From a virus, in IMG/VR virus record IMGVR_UViG_3300037586_005524, positions 1 to 64,000 of that record: a stretch of DNA of 64,000 nucleotides; one strand, given 5' to 3'. The position numbers and the translations under genes are program-made. Shown here one piece after another: positions 29,401-38,943 of the stretch. Positions within the stretch are counted from its first letter, which is position 1; each line of letters starts with the position of its first letter. The notes below the pieces were generated by a model. It was not told the DNA's origin. It ran no database searches and worked only from the letters and a program-made list of their open reading frames with translations.

Positions 29401-32400
29401 GAGTGTGCCAAATATTTCCAAATTCAAGAGGGAGGTCATTGTGAACAGAAGGGTCGAGTTCAAAAGCCTTAGAATTCATAACATCATCATATTCGGACTG
29501 GGCCCTGGTCTTGACGTGGGCGGACCAGTGGTCTTTGACGCACTGGGCATCGCATGCGGTGCCGATGGTATACATTCCATACCATTTTTTATATTCGTCG
29601 TATACCAACGCCATGGCGGGAGTGAGCTGCTCTTTGAGGTTGTTGTCGGGGTAGTTGGGGTGGGCCGGCGTCTCAATCTCGCCTGGTGACATGCCGGCAT
29701 AAGGGAACGCGAGCCAGCCCATGATTGTGGTAAGTTTGCTCAGGGCAATTGCTTTTTTTTCATCAAGACTTGTTGGTGTTATTTTTATTATGGGATCTTC
29801 TATCTTTGTGTGTTGGTGCGCACGGATATAAGGTTGCAATATAAAACCGCCATTTGGGCCTATTTTTGAAATAGCAGAGAGAGTAGATGCAACGGTATCT
29901 GTACCTAGGTATTCAATGTCGACGTAGCGATTTGTGCCGGCGTCTCCGTGGCCGGTGAAGAAGGCGTTGATTATAGAGAGGGGCGCCGACATTCCCCCGA
30001 AAGCGGCATCAAACTCCAACCACTCGCCCCCGTACCACGTGTCGGTAATGTATGCCTTGGCATTGGTGCGGTACCTGTTCATGAAATGTGAGTATAATCT
30101 TGGTTTGGTTAGGAAATGAGGATTTGGAGGTTGCCAGGCGTCGGAATCTTTATTCGTGTTATAATTTGGATCTATTTCGGCTATCTGCGGCATTAAATTA
30201 AAAATATTATCGTTGGGATCTGGGGATTGAACGTCCCCAACAAAGAAATCGTCAGTATTGTCCGACCCGCCAAAAAAGCTTTTCTCTTGACCCTCCCTGT
30301 ATCCATAATCTCTATCCAGGTGGCGCCAAAGAAAAGAAGACAAAAAAGAATGTTTCCAACTTTTTATATCTATATCTAATCTAGCTTCAAACTCTTTTTC
30401 CATAAAATCGCTAACTGAGATTATTTGTTCTTTGAGCAAATATTTTATACCACTTAAACTATAAGGATTGCGATCATATTCATATGGTTCCTCAGTTAGC
30501 GGATCTAATAATTTATATCCTCGTTTAGTTGCTTCCTTTATTTTTGCCCTTAATATCTTGTTGGCATAATAAACAACATGTGATTGGAACTTTGGCTCAA
30601 AATCGGCGCCATCTTTAGGAGCTATTACTTTTGTTGCCGGTTCATCGATAAATACATTTCTACTAAAGGGCCATGGCGTGCCACCAATTGGATTACTTAT
30701 ACGCTGTGGCCCAGCTTTTTCGTTAGGTGTCTGAAAATTTTCTTTTTCATCTCCAGTTGTGGTCTTGAACGTTTTTTGATAATCTAACATAGCCAGTTCA
30801 TGTACCATATTAGAAACAATAAGATTTATAATTGTTTCTGATTTGAGCACATCTTTTACTTTGAACATGGTAGAAACAGGCAAAAGACGGAGAAAAGTTT
30901 CAACAGTATATAAACGAGCTAATATATAAATTATACCTTCTGCTATTGAGCGCGAAAGATTGGGAGTGTCATTATCTATATCTGGTTCTTCTTCGCACTC
31001 AAGGGCCTCATTTCTTTCGCGAATATTTTGTTTTAGTTCTTCTATTTTTAAAAGAGAAACCTGTTTTATATCACACAGATCATCGGCGGGGAATATTTCT
31101 CTAGGAAAAAGGCCGGCAAAAAACTTTCTAAACATTTCTTTACCATCAGGATGAAAGGTTGGAGATCTCCGAAATGCATCAAGCAAATGATTTCCTAAAT
31201 CTCGTGTTATAATATTAAACATTTTTTCTAAGCTTTTCTCCGTATCTTGCCCAAAATACATCCCGGGATAGAACTTTTTATTTAATACATTAAAAAATTC
31301 TTGTTCTAGCGGAGAATGGAACCAATTATCTGAAGCGAGGGCTGCTTCGTCGATGCCAGACTGTTTGGCCTGCTCTGTTGGGCTCATCGCCCACCAGCCG
31401 CGTTTTATTTTTCCTTCTTTTATTTTTGCAGCGTTTTCAGTATATAAATATAAATATTTTCTTATTTGAGCTTCAAGATTATCAAACCATGGCGCGCCAT
31501 TGTGTAAAATATTATAAAAAAAGAACCGATCTTTACCTACCCAATAGTCAGTTTCAATTATTTGTTTTCCGGGGTCAGCAACAGAAAGATAATATTCTAG
31601 CTTATCGTCAGTCGCGTACACGGCGAGAGGGTTGGATGGATCGCTCCAGAGGAATCTTCGCTTTGGACTTTTTAATATAAAATTACTAAGGAGGTTATCA
31701 ATGCTATAACCCGGGAGCCATTGGAAAGGGGCGTTAAATGATTCTCGTATTATTGGTAAAAGGGCGCGGTCTGGTATATTTCCTGGGGTTTGCTTTTGGT
31801 TTTGCCAGGGTGTGTCGGATTCGAAATTCGTGAGGCCGTCAAGTGGCGGAAAGCCAGATGGGTAGCCTGTTAGAAGTTTATTATGAAATATAAATATTTC
31901 ACTTTTAAACCCAGGCTCAATTGTTCTTAAATTTTGATCAATTAATGTATTGTTTATCAGATTCGTTGGATAGATGTCATGTGGAATTCTATCCGGGTTG
32001 CCACAATCATCTGCAGCTAGGGGCGACTCTGGATTGTACGCTTTGTCAAGTAAATTAAGAAGCTTTTCTATCCTGTCAAGTTTTGCTCTGTTGCAAACAT
32101 TTTCAACTTGTTCTTTTGTTGCATGGCCATCCAATAACTCTCCGCAAAGTTCATGCACGTATGGTGGGATTTCACATTCACTATAAAGCTGCGTTGGTAA
32201 TTTTTTTTGTATCTCTTCACAATATGCAGGATCAATAACGCCTTCAAAACTCTTATGAAAAAATTCCTTAATCTTTTTATAAGAAAGAGTTTCATCATTC
32301 CCTTTTAATTGAGAATAGAGATTTTCAAATGATGTCATTAATAAATTTTTAATAATCTTTGATACAGTGAGTGTCGCCTCGCCATTGTTAAAAAGTGCAC

Positions 32401-35400
32401 AAAGTTCTGCTTGCGAAAGCATGCTTTCCAAGGCTTCCATTAGGCCTAAAATATTATTAGCTAGATCAGGCTCTGTTAAGTCAACTCCTTGGGCGCTAAG
32501 TTTTTTGGCCAAATTTCTTGCGGCGGCGCCCGGTGTTAAATCCATTAAATCATCAAAACTTGCTTTTCCAGGAATGCGATTTTTATTTCCCGGGTCTTTC
32601 GGGTCAAGGCCATCCCAGAGAAAATTCTTGAGGGCTTGGCACGCTAGAATAACTTCATTTAAGGTTTTCTTAACAAAATATAATATTGCTGCGTGAGCTA
32701 TTTGTGCACCAATGGCGCGCATCACTTCATCTGCCTGTGAGCCAAATGTGGTGGTCTTGTCTCTCGGGCGTTCTACTGCTTCTTCTTCTTTGTATTTCCG
32801 CTGCCGTTTTGCTTCATCTTCTTTTTTGGCCACTTCTTCTGGGGTTGGATTAACTGATTTTCTTATGGGATCGACGATTAAAGATTGAATTAAGTCAATA
32901 GCATTCGCACTATAACTTATTATATTTCTGCAAAGTTCCTTTTTAAAATTGGGATCAGTCATTTTCATTATTGATTTAGATATATCGCTCGCAGCTTCTG
33001 CCACTTCAGCATTAGTTACGCCCCCATATGATGAGGGCATATATGTTCCAGCGCTTCCTTCTACATAATTTGCATATGACGAATCCATTTCAACTTGACG
33101 TCTTCGGCCGATGGTATTGGCGATTTGTGTGTCTATTGCTTTTACATCTTTCGAAAGATTCTTCTCTTCTGGTGAGCCAGGTGTCGCGTTTTTAAGCTCG
33201 GATTCAACAACAACCTTTCTAGCAGTCAGTTCTTCAATTTGTGTGTTATATCTGTCTCTTTCGGACATAAGTTGTTGAAATTCTGCGTTTTGTACTCTTT
33301 TTTGTGCTTTGATTGTCTTAGCAGCATTGGCTACTTCTGTTGCAACTTGTGCAGTAGATTCTGCAATTAATTTGGTCAAAGTGCCGTCTTTGCTTATATT
33401 ATCAAAAAAGTTGTCAGCACCCATTTCTTTCATTGCATATCTACAAGCTATTTCAAGCCACTCGTTTGGATCTAGCCAACATTTTATTGCTTGTTTTACT
33501 AAAGTTTTAACGTCTGCCTGACTTAAGACTCTCGTGAAAATCGAACTTACGGGGTTGGGCCCATCTTCGATCCGTAATCGATCTCTTGTTTCAGGCAAAG
33601 TTCGCCAAAAATCATCGGCCACGTTGCGTACCCACTTTCGACTATAATGGGTATAATTTTCAGCCCAAGTTGGATCATTGGTCATTGCATTCGCGCTCAT
33701 TCTTGATTTGTGTGATGCAAGTGGTCCATGATTGTTAGTTATATACTGTTCCTGGGCCTTTTTGGTTCCTTCAGGATGATCATGAAGAAACTTATGAGTA
33801 TGCTGAATAGGTCCAATATATTTTTCAATAAAACTAAGAAGATCCAACTTTGTCCTGGCTGTTTCTGGGTCTATGTTAAAATCTACTTTAGGGTTGCGGC
33901 TGGCGCGGTCATCAACTACATCAAAACTATTTCCTTTGTGCATTGTAGATATAAAATATAATGTTCTTTCTGTGTCGGTCACAGTTCTGCGTAGTGTGCG
34001 CCGGAAGTCTTGAAAAGCGGGCTCTAAAGAAGCATTGAAGCCTCCTCCAAGGATTCTTGAATGTTCAACTTCACCCAGTCTTTGTATGCCAATTAAGCCA
34101 GGGGCCGTGCTATCTTCATTAAACTTAGTTTTCGGAGCGTATTCCCGTACATATGCAATATCCCAATCGGGTGCTGGGCCGTGAATTTTTTCTAGTTTTT
34201 TGTTTGATTTAGTAATGCCAATTTCAATTAAGTTCTTATCTTTGCCCCATGTTTCTGGATATTTTGCCCACTCTTCTTGTGCTTCTGAGGTTGGCCTATC
34301 CCCGGAGAAAAATCCACTGGGGACTCCTTGGCCGCCGCCGGCGGTGGCATCTTTTAATAAAGTTTTTAGTGCTTCTCTGAAGTCCTCTATCTGGTCTGCT
34401 TCGTTATCAAGCGATATCGTGTCCCAGCTGCCAAGTGCTGTTCCTTTTGGCGCCGGAGTTGGGCCAATTTCAAGTGGCGGTATAGACTCCTTTTGGGCTT
34501 GCTGATATACCTTTAATGTTTTTGCTATTTCATCAAGATCGTCATCGATTGATCCAACTTTCATAATTATTGCCCTATCAGGCGCTAAAACTTCTAGATT
34601 GGCACCAGGATCCGCGTCCTGAAGAAGGAGCAGTGTGGCTGGTTTACTTATCCCAATAAGAAAAGTTAAGCCTGGGTTGAACATACTTTGGTTGTCTTCT
34701 ATGTCCTCTATTTCGGCATTAATAGAAGCCAATTCAGCTTCTTGGAGACTATCTGGTGGCGGTGGCTGCGGTATTGCGTCTCTTTGTGCTTTAAGTTCTG
34801 CAAGTTTTTGTTTGTCTGCAGGCGCGTGAGCATCCTTTCTAGTTTCAATTGTATAGCCCCCAAATTCAACATAACCAGCTTTGATAAACTCTTCAACTTT
34901 GGGCCCAATCAAATTATAATAATCTTCTCGGTTTGTTTGTCCTGGGCCAGTAATGGCGCCTTTGTGGGCTATATTAGCCTTGACAAATCTTCTACCCAAC
35001 AATTCCAACGCAAGAGGAAGTGAAGCTTTAACCATATCGAACCAGGTTTCATACCCAATTTCAACACTGCCTTGGGCGAATTGTGCGATTGGATGTAAAT
35101 TTTTATATGATCTATAATCAAATGTATAATAGTACCAATCACTATCTTCTAATAATTCAACAAATCCAAATGGCTTATCTTCTAACCCATCAGCCCCAAC
35201 TGGTTCGACATCATGGATATCAATAGCATGCTGTGTTGCTAAGTGTATAAAACTTTCTGGTACTAGTGCTTTGGTGCGTATATTTGAGTCGACTGTGACA
35301 CTCTGCGGTGCTGGCGAGGCCTGCGTCATGGCGTAGAGACGGTCGCCGCCGATGATCGGTCCGCGCTTGGCGTCGTCTTCGTCCGCGGTGTAGAGATCCA

Positions 35401-35548
35401 CCATTGCGTCGAATGGGTTGGTGGCGCCCTTTTTACCAAAGGTTTCCGCCGCGCCCTCACCAGTCCATAAATCATCGGTAGACCACTTTTCTTTAATTAG
35501 ATCAATAACTTCTTGATATCTTTTGCTGCCGAAATAGCCTTCTTTCAC
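26426..35548 (-). CDS. giant hypothetical protein (3040 aa, helical, coiled-coil segment), probably virion-associated
   Basis: Uninterrupted ORF; GTG start with AGGAG RBS; lies between the spike gene and gp25; heptad-rich region around aa 740-830. Confidence 0.7.
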   Translation of the reverse strand: MKEGYFGSKRYQEVIDLIKEKWSTDDLWTGEGAAETFGKKGATNPFDAMVDLYTADEDDAKRGPIIGGDRLYAMTQASPAPQSVTVDSNIRTKALVPESFIHLATQHAIDIHDVEPVGADGLEDKPFGFVELLEDSDWYYYTFDYRSYKNLHPIAQFAQGSVEIGYETWFDMVKASLPLALELLGRRFVKANIAHKGAITGPGQTNREDYYNLIGPKVEEFIKAGYVEFGGYTIETRKDAHAPADKQKLAELKAQRDAIPQPPPPDSLQEAELASINAEIEDIEDNQSMFNPGLTFLIGISKPATLLLLQDADPGANLEVLAPDRAIIMKVGSIDDDLDEIAKTLKVYQQAQKESIPPLEIGPTPAPKGTALGSWDTISLDNEADQIEDFREALKTLLKDATAGGGQGVPSGFFSGDRPTSEAQEEWAKYPETWGKDKNLIEIGITKSNKKLEKIHGPAPDWDIAYVREYAPKTKFNEDSTAPGLIGIQRLGEVEHSRILGGGFNASLEPAFQDFRRTLRRTVTDTERTLYFISTMHKGNSFDVVDDRASRNPKVDFNIDPETARTKLDLLSFIEKYIGPIQHTHKFLHDHPEGTKKAQEQYITNNHGPLASHKSRMSANAMTNDPTWAENYTHYSRKWVRNVADDFWRTLPETRDRLRIEDGPNPVSSIFTRVLSQADVKTLVKQAIKCWLDPNEWLEIACRYAMKEMGADNFFDNISKDGTLTKLIAESTAQVATEVANAAKTIKAQKRVQNAEFQQLMSERDRYNTQIEELTARKVVVESELKNATPGSPEEKNLSKDVKAIDTQIANTIGRRRQVEMDSSYANYVEGSAGTYMPSSYGGVTNAEVAEAASDISKSIMKMTDPNFKKELCRNIISYSANAIDLIQSLIVDPIRKSVNPTPEEVAKKEDEAKRQRKYKEEEAVERPRDKTTTFGSQADEVMRAIGAQIAHAAILYFVKKTLNEVILACQALKNFLWDGLDPKDPGNKNRIPGKASFDDLMDLTPGAAARNLAKKLSAQGVDLTEPDLANNILGLMEALESMLSQAELCALFNNGEATLTVSKIIKNLLMTSFENLYSQLKGNDETLSYKKIKEFFHKSFEGVIDPAYCEEIQKKLPTQLYSECEIPPYVHELCGELLDGHATKEQVENVCNRAKLDRIEKLLNLLDKAYNPESPLAADDCGNPDRIPHDIYPTNLINNTLIDQNLRTIEPGFKSEIFIFHNKLLTGYPSGFPPLDGLTNFESDTPWQNQKQTPGNIPDRALLPIIRESFNAPFQWLPGYSIDNLLSNFILKSPKRRFLWSDPSNPLAVYATDDKLEYYLSVADPGKQIIETDYWVGKDRFFFYNILHNGAPWFDNLEAQIRKYLYLYTENAAKIKEGKIKRGWWAMSPTEQAKQSGIDEAALASDNWFHSPLEQEFFNVLNKKFYPGMYFGQDTEKSLEKMFNIITRDLGNHLLDAFRRSPTFHPDGKEMFRKFFAGLFPREIFPADDLCDIKQVSLLKIEELKQNIRERNEALECEEEPDIDNDTPNLSRSIAEGIIYILARLYTVETFLRLLPVSTMFKVKDVLKSETIINLIVSNMVHELAMLDYQKTFKTTTGDEKENFQTPNEKAGPQRISNPIGGTPWPFSRNVFIDEPATKVIAPKDGADFEPKFQSHVVYYANKILRAKIKEATKRGYKLLDPLTEEPYEYDRNPYSLSGIKYLLKEQIISVSDFMEKEFEARLDIDIKSWKHSFLSSFLWRHLDRDYGYREGQEKSFFGGSDNTDDFFVGDVQSPDPNDNIFNLMPQIAEIDPNYNTNKDSDAWQPPNPHFLTKPRLYSHFMNRYRTNAKAYITDTWYGGEWLEFDAAFGGMSAPLSIINAFFTGHGDAGTNRYVDIEYLGTDTVASTLSAISKIGPNGGFILQPYIRAHQHTKIEDPIIKITPTSLDEKKAIALSKLTTIMGWLAFPYAGMSPGEIETPAHPNYPDNNLKEQLTPAMALVYDEYKKWYGMYTIGTACDAQCVKDHWSAHVKTRAQSEYDDVMNSKAFELDPSVHNDLPLEFGNIWHTPDNLDEKPGAYININQWREAMTADSFGVAKYKNSVQASEPHTNYFDPWMYGLRLVYVLPLRYDYAPVYSGVGPPAIQIDPSTGDTIYLGLEKEPVKRKLNSDDTNKTVKIDLDKLLLPFNTSINGPIEGPNLLNKKAYILYEKLRKAELDTGTYMFVEYESALTTLKEGADISPPIIEIPLMEVELPVGGLNFAETGALHSFYESQAKEQGKSDQDAKTIADGFVKLAQDTKAVPLGYFSYQDSIEDEFPLNKLLGLMTETSDFEKLFGRIFPIDNYKTLISLYVLMQTFELDEYTKTTQAEYDTGNKDSNGLPVYDTETELKGGMFPETKGMLRSLFYSNTQAADPLKGGAEAASQEQTSQTEDTGEDSWWNKFQTLMLGSPPSYSQIFAMTPLGIMKGMVQATDPGWKKCNPFFMTPWTPAGFTMCMLEKYLGDTMSGIWFGNKAPDQLKAAEVKACDSAVDEDPTISKEEYTADEKMFDMLMKSYNIMEDDRNWILRQKYKARNSNSTAFPRDNPGASFDWAYQYRKFSDTALFDTLIAAEKAGEATSDMNLEVIFSTLREYYDTLIEVEGHAFDYIEKYKRVISDLTKNEDYYINNAWVADSMILPGSSQGFLDILYFNCESVNSSPFPVSDTLVDLCDNKATFELARKQILILEGFYNDVLSAGGQQTIPGPSYLPSLSNFQWCIDEACDTWEPVLSRVTFLGEEVSIFEKGDKKLEIQKKLEEITKDSPVVAWVIKFPYTNEDYEGTNCKGNWHHPSAQTREYFRPNFLDGNTLSFVVGQPDGPKHFYEATCDKTLGYIKWKKDDPDSNVHGSTSTKIAVKDMGSSWVYGENTTSAGSGWAFSVDHGSCGELNYLAGSIKKSIEEFITQNNLQDIVTIQWVDRNAEDAGGEWFDGKPLPNRNRGGVELHITGLLTAPAGTLITESGLSPAEIAQIGEKYVAAGGDIDDLDVAFMEGNWNRQIAVTHGLDTKIWDPYDVLGTDALC

Positions 35549-35557
35549 TTCTTTCTC

Positions 35558-36634
35558 CTAATTTGTATTGTTATATTTGCTCTTGATGTAGCACTTTGGA
35601 TTTTGTGGGTTAAGATATTTTGACTCGATTTTTCGAATATTCTTTGTGTGCCTCTTATAAGAAACAAATACTGTTGTCCCAATACCATTGCTAGCATCAC
35701 AGCCACTATTTATATTTCGTGCGTCTTCTCGTACCGGAGTATATGGACATGCTGGCGGGTGCCCATGATTAGAATAATGGTCTAAAAATTGAACCAGATA
35801 ATTAACTAATTTTTGATTTGTTGACATGATTTGTCTTATTTCATAAGAAATTTCGCGCAAGCATCCTTCCAAATTATCGCCTTTCACTAAAGGTTGCATG
35901 GTCGCACCTCTTTTCAAAAATTTGTTTTCGCCGTCGCCGAGCTTTTCTGTCACTGTGGCGTTCTCTGGGTCTATGGCGATCAAATCAATTCCTTTGGCTG
36001 TGATGACTTCGCCATATGAGTTAACTTTATCGGGTCCGGTTATTAATTTAATTCCCTCATTTCCTATAATTCTTATTGCATCGGCTTTGATACCAATTCC
36101 AGACATATTAATAGATGGTTTGACTTTTCCTTCGGGAATCCCACGAAGCTTGGTGAGGCCAAAATTATCATCAATATCTGTTTTTTGACTAATATAAATT
36201 CTAGCTGCATCAGTTGCAAATTTTACAGGCGCGGGGTTTTGCTTGTCTTCTTTCGGGGCATATGGAACTAGCATCGGATCGACCATCATGGAGCTTTCCG
36301 TATCGCCTTCGCCGGCATACTTAAATTTTTCTATTGGCGTTGGGTGCATTCTTCCGACTACAAGATCAATCATTCCACATTGTGTGTCGCCTTTACCGCC
36401 ATACCCTGAATATATCCCACCTGGTCTATCTCGGCCTAGGACAATATAACTATTGTTTTTTCCAGGAATTACTGTTTCACAATCTGCCTTCACAAAATGA
36501 GGTATTGGTTCTCTAATATTTCCACAATTTAGGCCGGGGACTTTTTTAGTCTTTGACTGGTTCGTTTTGGCCTTTTGGAGATCCTTGGAGTCCATGCCGC
36601 TTTGGTTTATTGCTGGTACATCGCCATTTGCCAT
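35558..36634 (-). CDS. baseplate central spike (gp5 C-terminal / P2 gpV-like)
   Basis: Short beta-strand repeats (NSYIVLGRD, ARIYISQ, GIGIKADAIRIIGNEGIKLITG), QPLVKGD and a C-terminal HxH (NHGHP) typical of metal-binding spike tips. Confidence 0.6.
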   Translation of the reverse strand: MANGDVPAINQSGMDSKDLQKAKTNQSKTKKVPGLNCGNIREPIPHFVKADCETVIPGKNNSYIVLGRDRPGGIYSGYGGKGDTQCGMIDLVVGRMHPTPIEKFKYAGEGDTESSMMVDPMLVPYAPKEDKQNPAPVKFATDAARIYISQKTDIDDNFGLTKLRGIPEGKVKPSINMSGIGIKADAIRIIGNEGIKLITGPDKVNSYGEVITAKGIDLIAIDPENATVTEKLGDGENKFLKRGATMQPLVKGDNLEGCLREISYEIRQIMSTNQKLVNYLVQFLDHYSNHGHPPACPYTPVREDARNINSGCDASNGIGTTVFVSYKRHTKNIRKIESKYLNPQNPKCYIKSKYNNTN

Positions 36635-36635
36635 T

Positions 36636-38639
36636 TTATGTTTTCTCCATATAAGATGTTGCTTTAAACCACATTTTTTGTCCTTTTTCTAAATATTTAT
36701 TTAAGGAAACGTCACCAAAAACTGGTATTTTTGTTGGGCCATGACCTTTGCCCTTGTGAAGCTTTGGTATTGTTTCGGCTGCCGCGGCTAAAGTAATATA
36801 CCAAGATTCTAAATGGCCAAAACCGAGTTGGCGCGTAAGAAGATAGTGTTCTAAAAATGGGCTGCTATCTGTTCCCCATCTAGAATAAGAAACTATTCCA
36901 GATATTGCAGAATTACCTTTACTTTTTAAACCGTTTTTCCAAAATATTTCTGGTTTATTATATTTTTCGATTGGAAGAGGCCCTATTTTCCCCCATGGGA
37001 ATCCGGGTTCAATATTGTGCCTATTCCCCCTTTTTTTAATAAAATGGCTGGTTGGATAGATATCCACGCCGCCTCCGGCGGCAGGAAAATTCCAAGCTAA
37101 AATATGTTTATGCCATGTAGGCTTCTTATACCCCCAGGAATATGTTGATCTCGGAGGCGTGTTGACAATACTTGACACCAATTCATATAAAGCCGCAGCC
37201 TGGTCAAGTGTCGGCAAAAAATAATGCCCAGTAGGAGACCAAGTTATTCGACCTGACCAAAAATTATTATTTGAAATATCTAAAACTGGGGTATTCTGAT
37301 TTGCATTTGGTCCTGTTCGCAGCCCGGGCGTTCCAAAAGGACCTAGTATAAATGGGAAAGAATTATCTGGTAATCTTTTGTCTGTAATCCAATTATGTAA
37401 TTTATTTTTAAAATTAGAAAATTTTTGACTTTTATTAATTTCTTTTATTGGCTTATGCGAAGCCCAAGTAGAGCTAGGTCCAAAAAAATGACGTCCATCA
37501 AATGGCGAAGAAACCATACAACCAACAGAGGTACTAGAAAAAGTATTCTTTTCATTTATAACAAGGCCATATGGTACATTAACTCGAATTGTACAAAGTC
37601 TATGTTTATGGCCGTTCTTATAATTTTCAAGACCAACATGAGAACCATCTAAAATAGAATTCATAGAAATTGTATAATGCATGGTAGGATTTGTGTGTAT
37701 TTTTTTATATGTTTCTATATGATTTCGACCAGATTCTCTTATTATAAAAAGTTTTGTTTCTTTTCTTTGTTTGATTTCTAAATCTGGAGGTAAGAAAAAT
37801 AATTTATTTCCTGGTCTGTGTTGAATATATTTAAAATCAGAAAGCTCATCAGCCATGTCTTCGACATTTTTAATTATTGAAGATCCTGGAAGGATATCGT
37901 AATTTTTCATATTAGGATAATCAAGCTCTTTATCAATATAAATTTCTCTGGTGAGGTGTGCCAAACTAGAAACCTCTAGCGTTTCAGCTGTTATTTCTCC
38001 TGGGGTAAAATACACATATTTATCTTCAAAAGGGCTCCCTTTATTTATATTTCCCTTTGCATTCTTATCATAGGCGTCTTGTGGCGAATCTATTGTAGGA
38101 AGTGGTATGAGGATTGGTCTAGTCTTATGAACTGGGCCTATATAAATTGGGTCAGTCCAAGTAGATGTATCCTGCGGGTCTGGCTTGTTTAGCCAGTCAA
38201 CATAAACTAGCTCTCCCAGATGAGGAACGTGTAAACATTCTTCTTTTGCAACAAATCTTGGAAGTGCGATAACGGCGTCTACCTCACCAGGCTCAAGATC
38301 CTCTCCTCCAGAATCTCCTGTTACATGATTAATTAAATATGAGGTGGGTTTTGGAGTGAGCGTAATACCATCAACATACCCATAAACTTTTACTTTTGGT
38401 ATCATTGGAGTTTGTGTTATCCTTCTCATCCGTGATTCGTCAGAAGTAGGATAGTCCCACGTGCTTGTACTGTCTAAACCAAATACGACAGCATAATATG
38501 GACCTGCTTGGGCAAGATTAATATTAGTTTTATAGTCTTTTAATATTAACTTTACAAGTTCTCTGAAGGGATTGAAATTGCTTACATCAAATTCTCGGCT
38601 GGTTGGAAGATTGGTTGTTATATTATCAACCATTTCCAT
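36636..38639 (-). CDS. gp5-like hub protein: N-terminal OB-fold plus degenerate N-acetylmuramoyl-L-alanine amidase domain
   Basis: OB-fold pattern YAVV...VKVYG...VPHLGELVYVDW...PIYIG; Amidase_2-like pattern FIIRES / MHYTI / STSVGCMV / PTLDQAAALYELV / GIVSY. Confidence 0.5.
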   Translation of the reverse strand: MEMVDNITTNLPTSREFDVSNFNPFRELVKLILKDYKTNINLAQAGPYYAVVFGLDSTSTWDYPTSDESRMRRITQTPMIPKVKVYGYVDGITLTPKPTSYLINHVTGDSGGEDLEPGEVDAVIALPRFVAKEECLHVPHLGELVYVDWLNKPDPQDTSTWTDPIYIGPVHKTRPILIPLPTIDSPQDAYDKNAKGNINKGSPFEDKYVYFTPGEITAETLEVSSLAHLTREIYIDKELDYPNMKNYDILPGSSIIKNVEDMADELSDFKYIQHRPGNKLFFLPPDLEIKQRKETKLFIIRESGRNHIETYKKIHTNPTMHYTISMNSILDGSHVGLENYKNGHKHRLCTIRVNVPYGLVINEKNTFSSTSVGCMVSSPFDGRHFFGPSSTWASHKPIKEINKSQKFSNFKNKLHNWITDKRLPDNSFPFILGPFGTPGLRTGPNANQNTPVLDISNNNFWSGRITWSPTGHYFLPTLDQAAALYELVSSIVNTPPRSTYSWGYKKPTWHKHILAWNFPAAGGGVDIYPTSHFIKKRGNRHNIEPGFPWGKIGPLPIEKYNKPEIFWKNGLKSKGNSAISGIVSYSRWGTDSSPFLEHYLLTRQLGFGHLESWYITLAAAAETIPKLHKGKGHGPTKIPVFGDVSLNKYLEKGQKMWFKATSYMEKT

Positions 38640-38943
38640 TTCCTTGAATTAAATCAAATAGTTCATCTTTGTCTTCATTTGAAAGGGAGACGTCTTCCTG
38701 TTTAGAAAGTTGTTTGTGGAGCAAAGCAGTAATCTTTACCAATTGTTCATTAGACCTTTGTAAGGTTTCTACATACTTTGCAGCAATTTGTCCCAGATCT
38801 TTATGCGTGTCCGCAGTTGATTGTGTCTTTTTTATCTCGATGACTAAATCTGAAAGTAAATTCGCAGTGATCGAGCGATCATTTTTAATGTTTTCTATTG
38901 CTTCTTGAATATATTCACTTACATGTTTCAGTCCCGATTCCAT
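38626..38943 (-). CDS. hypothetical helical protein
   Basis: 105-aa ORF overlapping both neighbours in the operon. Confidence 0.65.
   Translation of the reverse strand: MESGLKHVSEYIQEAIENIKNDRSITANLLSDLVIEIKKTQSTADTHKDLGQIAAKYVETLQRSNEQLVKITALLHKQLSKQEDVSLSNEDKDELFDLIQGNGNG

Noticed and set aside
26426-35548. Diversity-generating retroelement as the cause of the GC-rich patches
   Set aside because: No reverse transcriptase and no template/variable repeat pair seen; the patches show C/G-ending codons rather than adenine-specific variation.
13285-35548. Inteins or introns in the two ~3000-aa genes
   Set aside because: No C...HN splice junctions or LAGLIDADG/HNH motifs were recognised, and the frames are uninterrupted.
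38654-38663. ACTATTTG near-match to the late motif upstream of the hub gene
   Set aside because: It has one mismatch, shorter spacing and lies inside a coding region; too weak to call.
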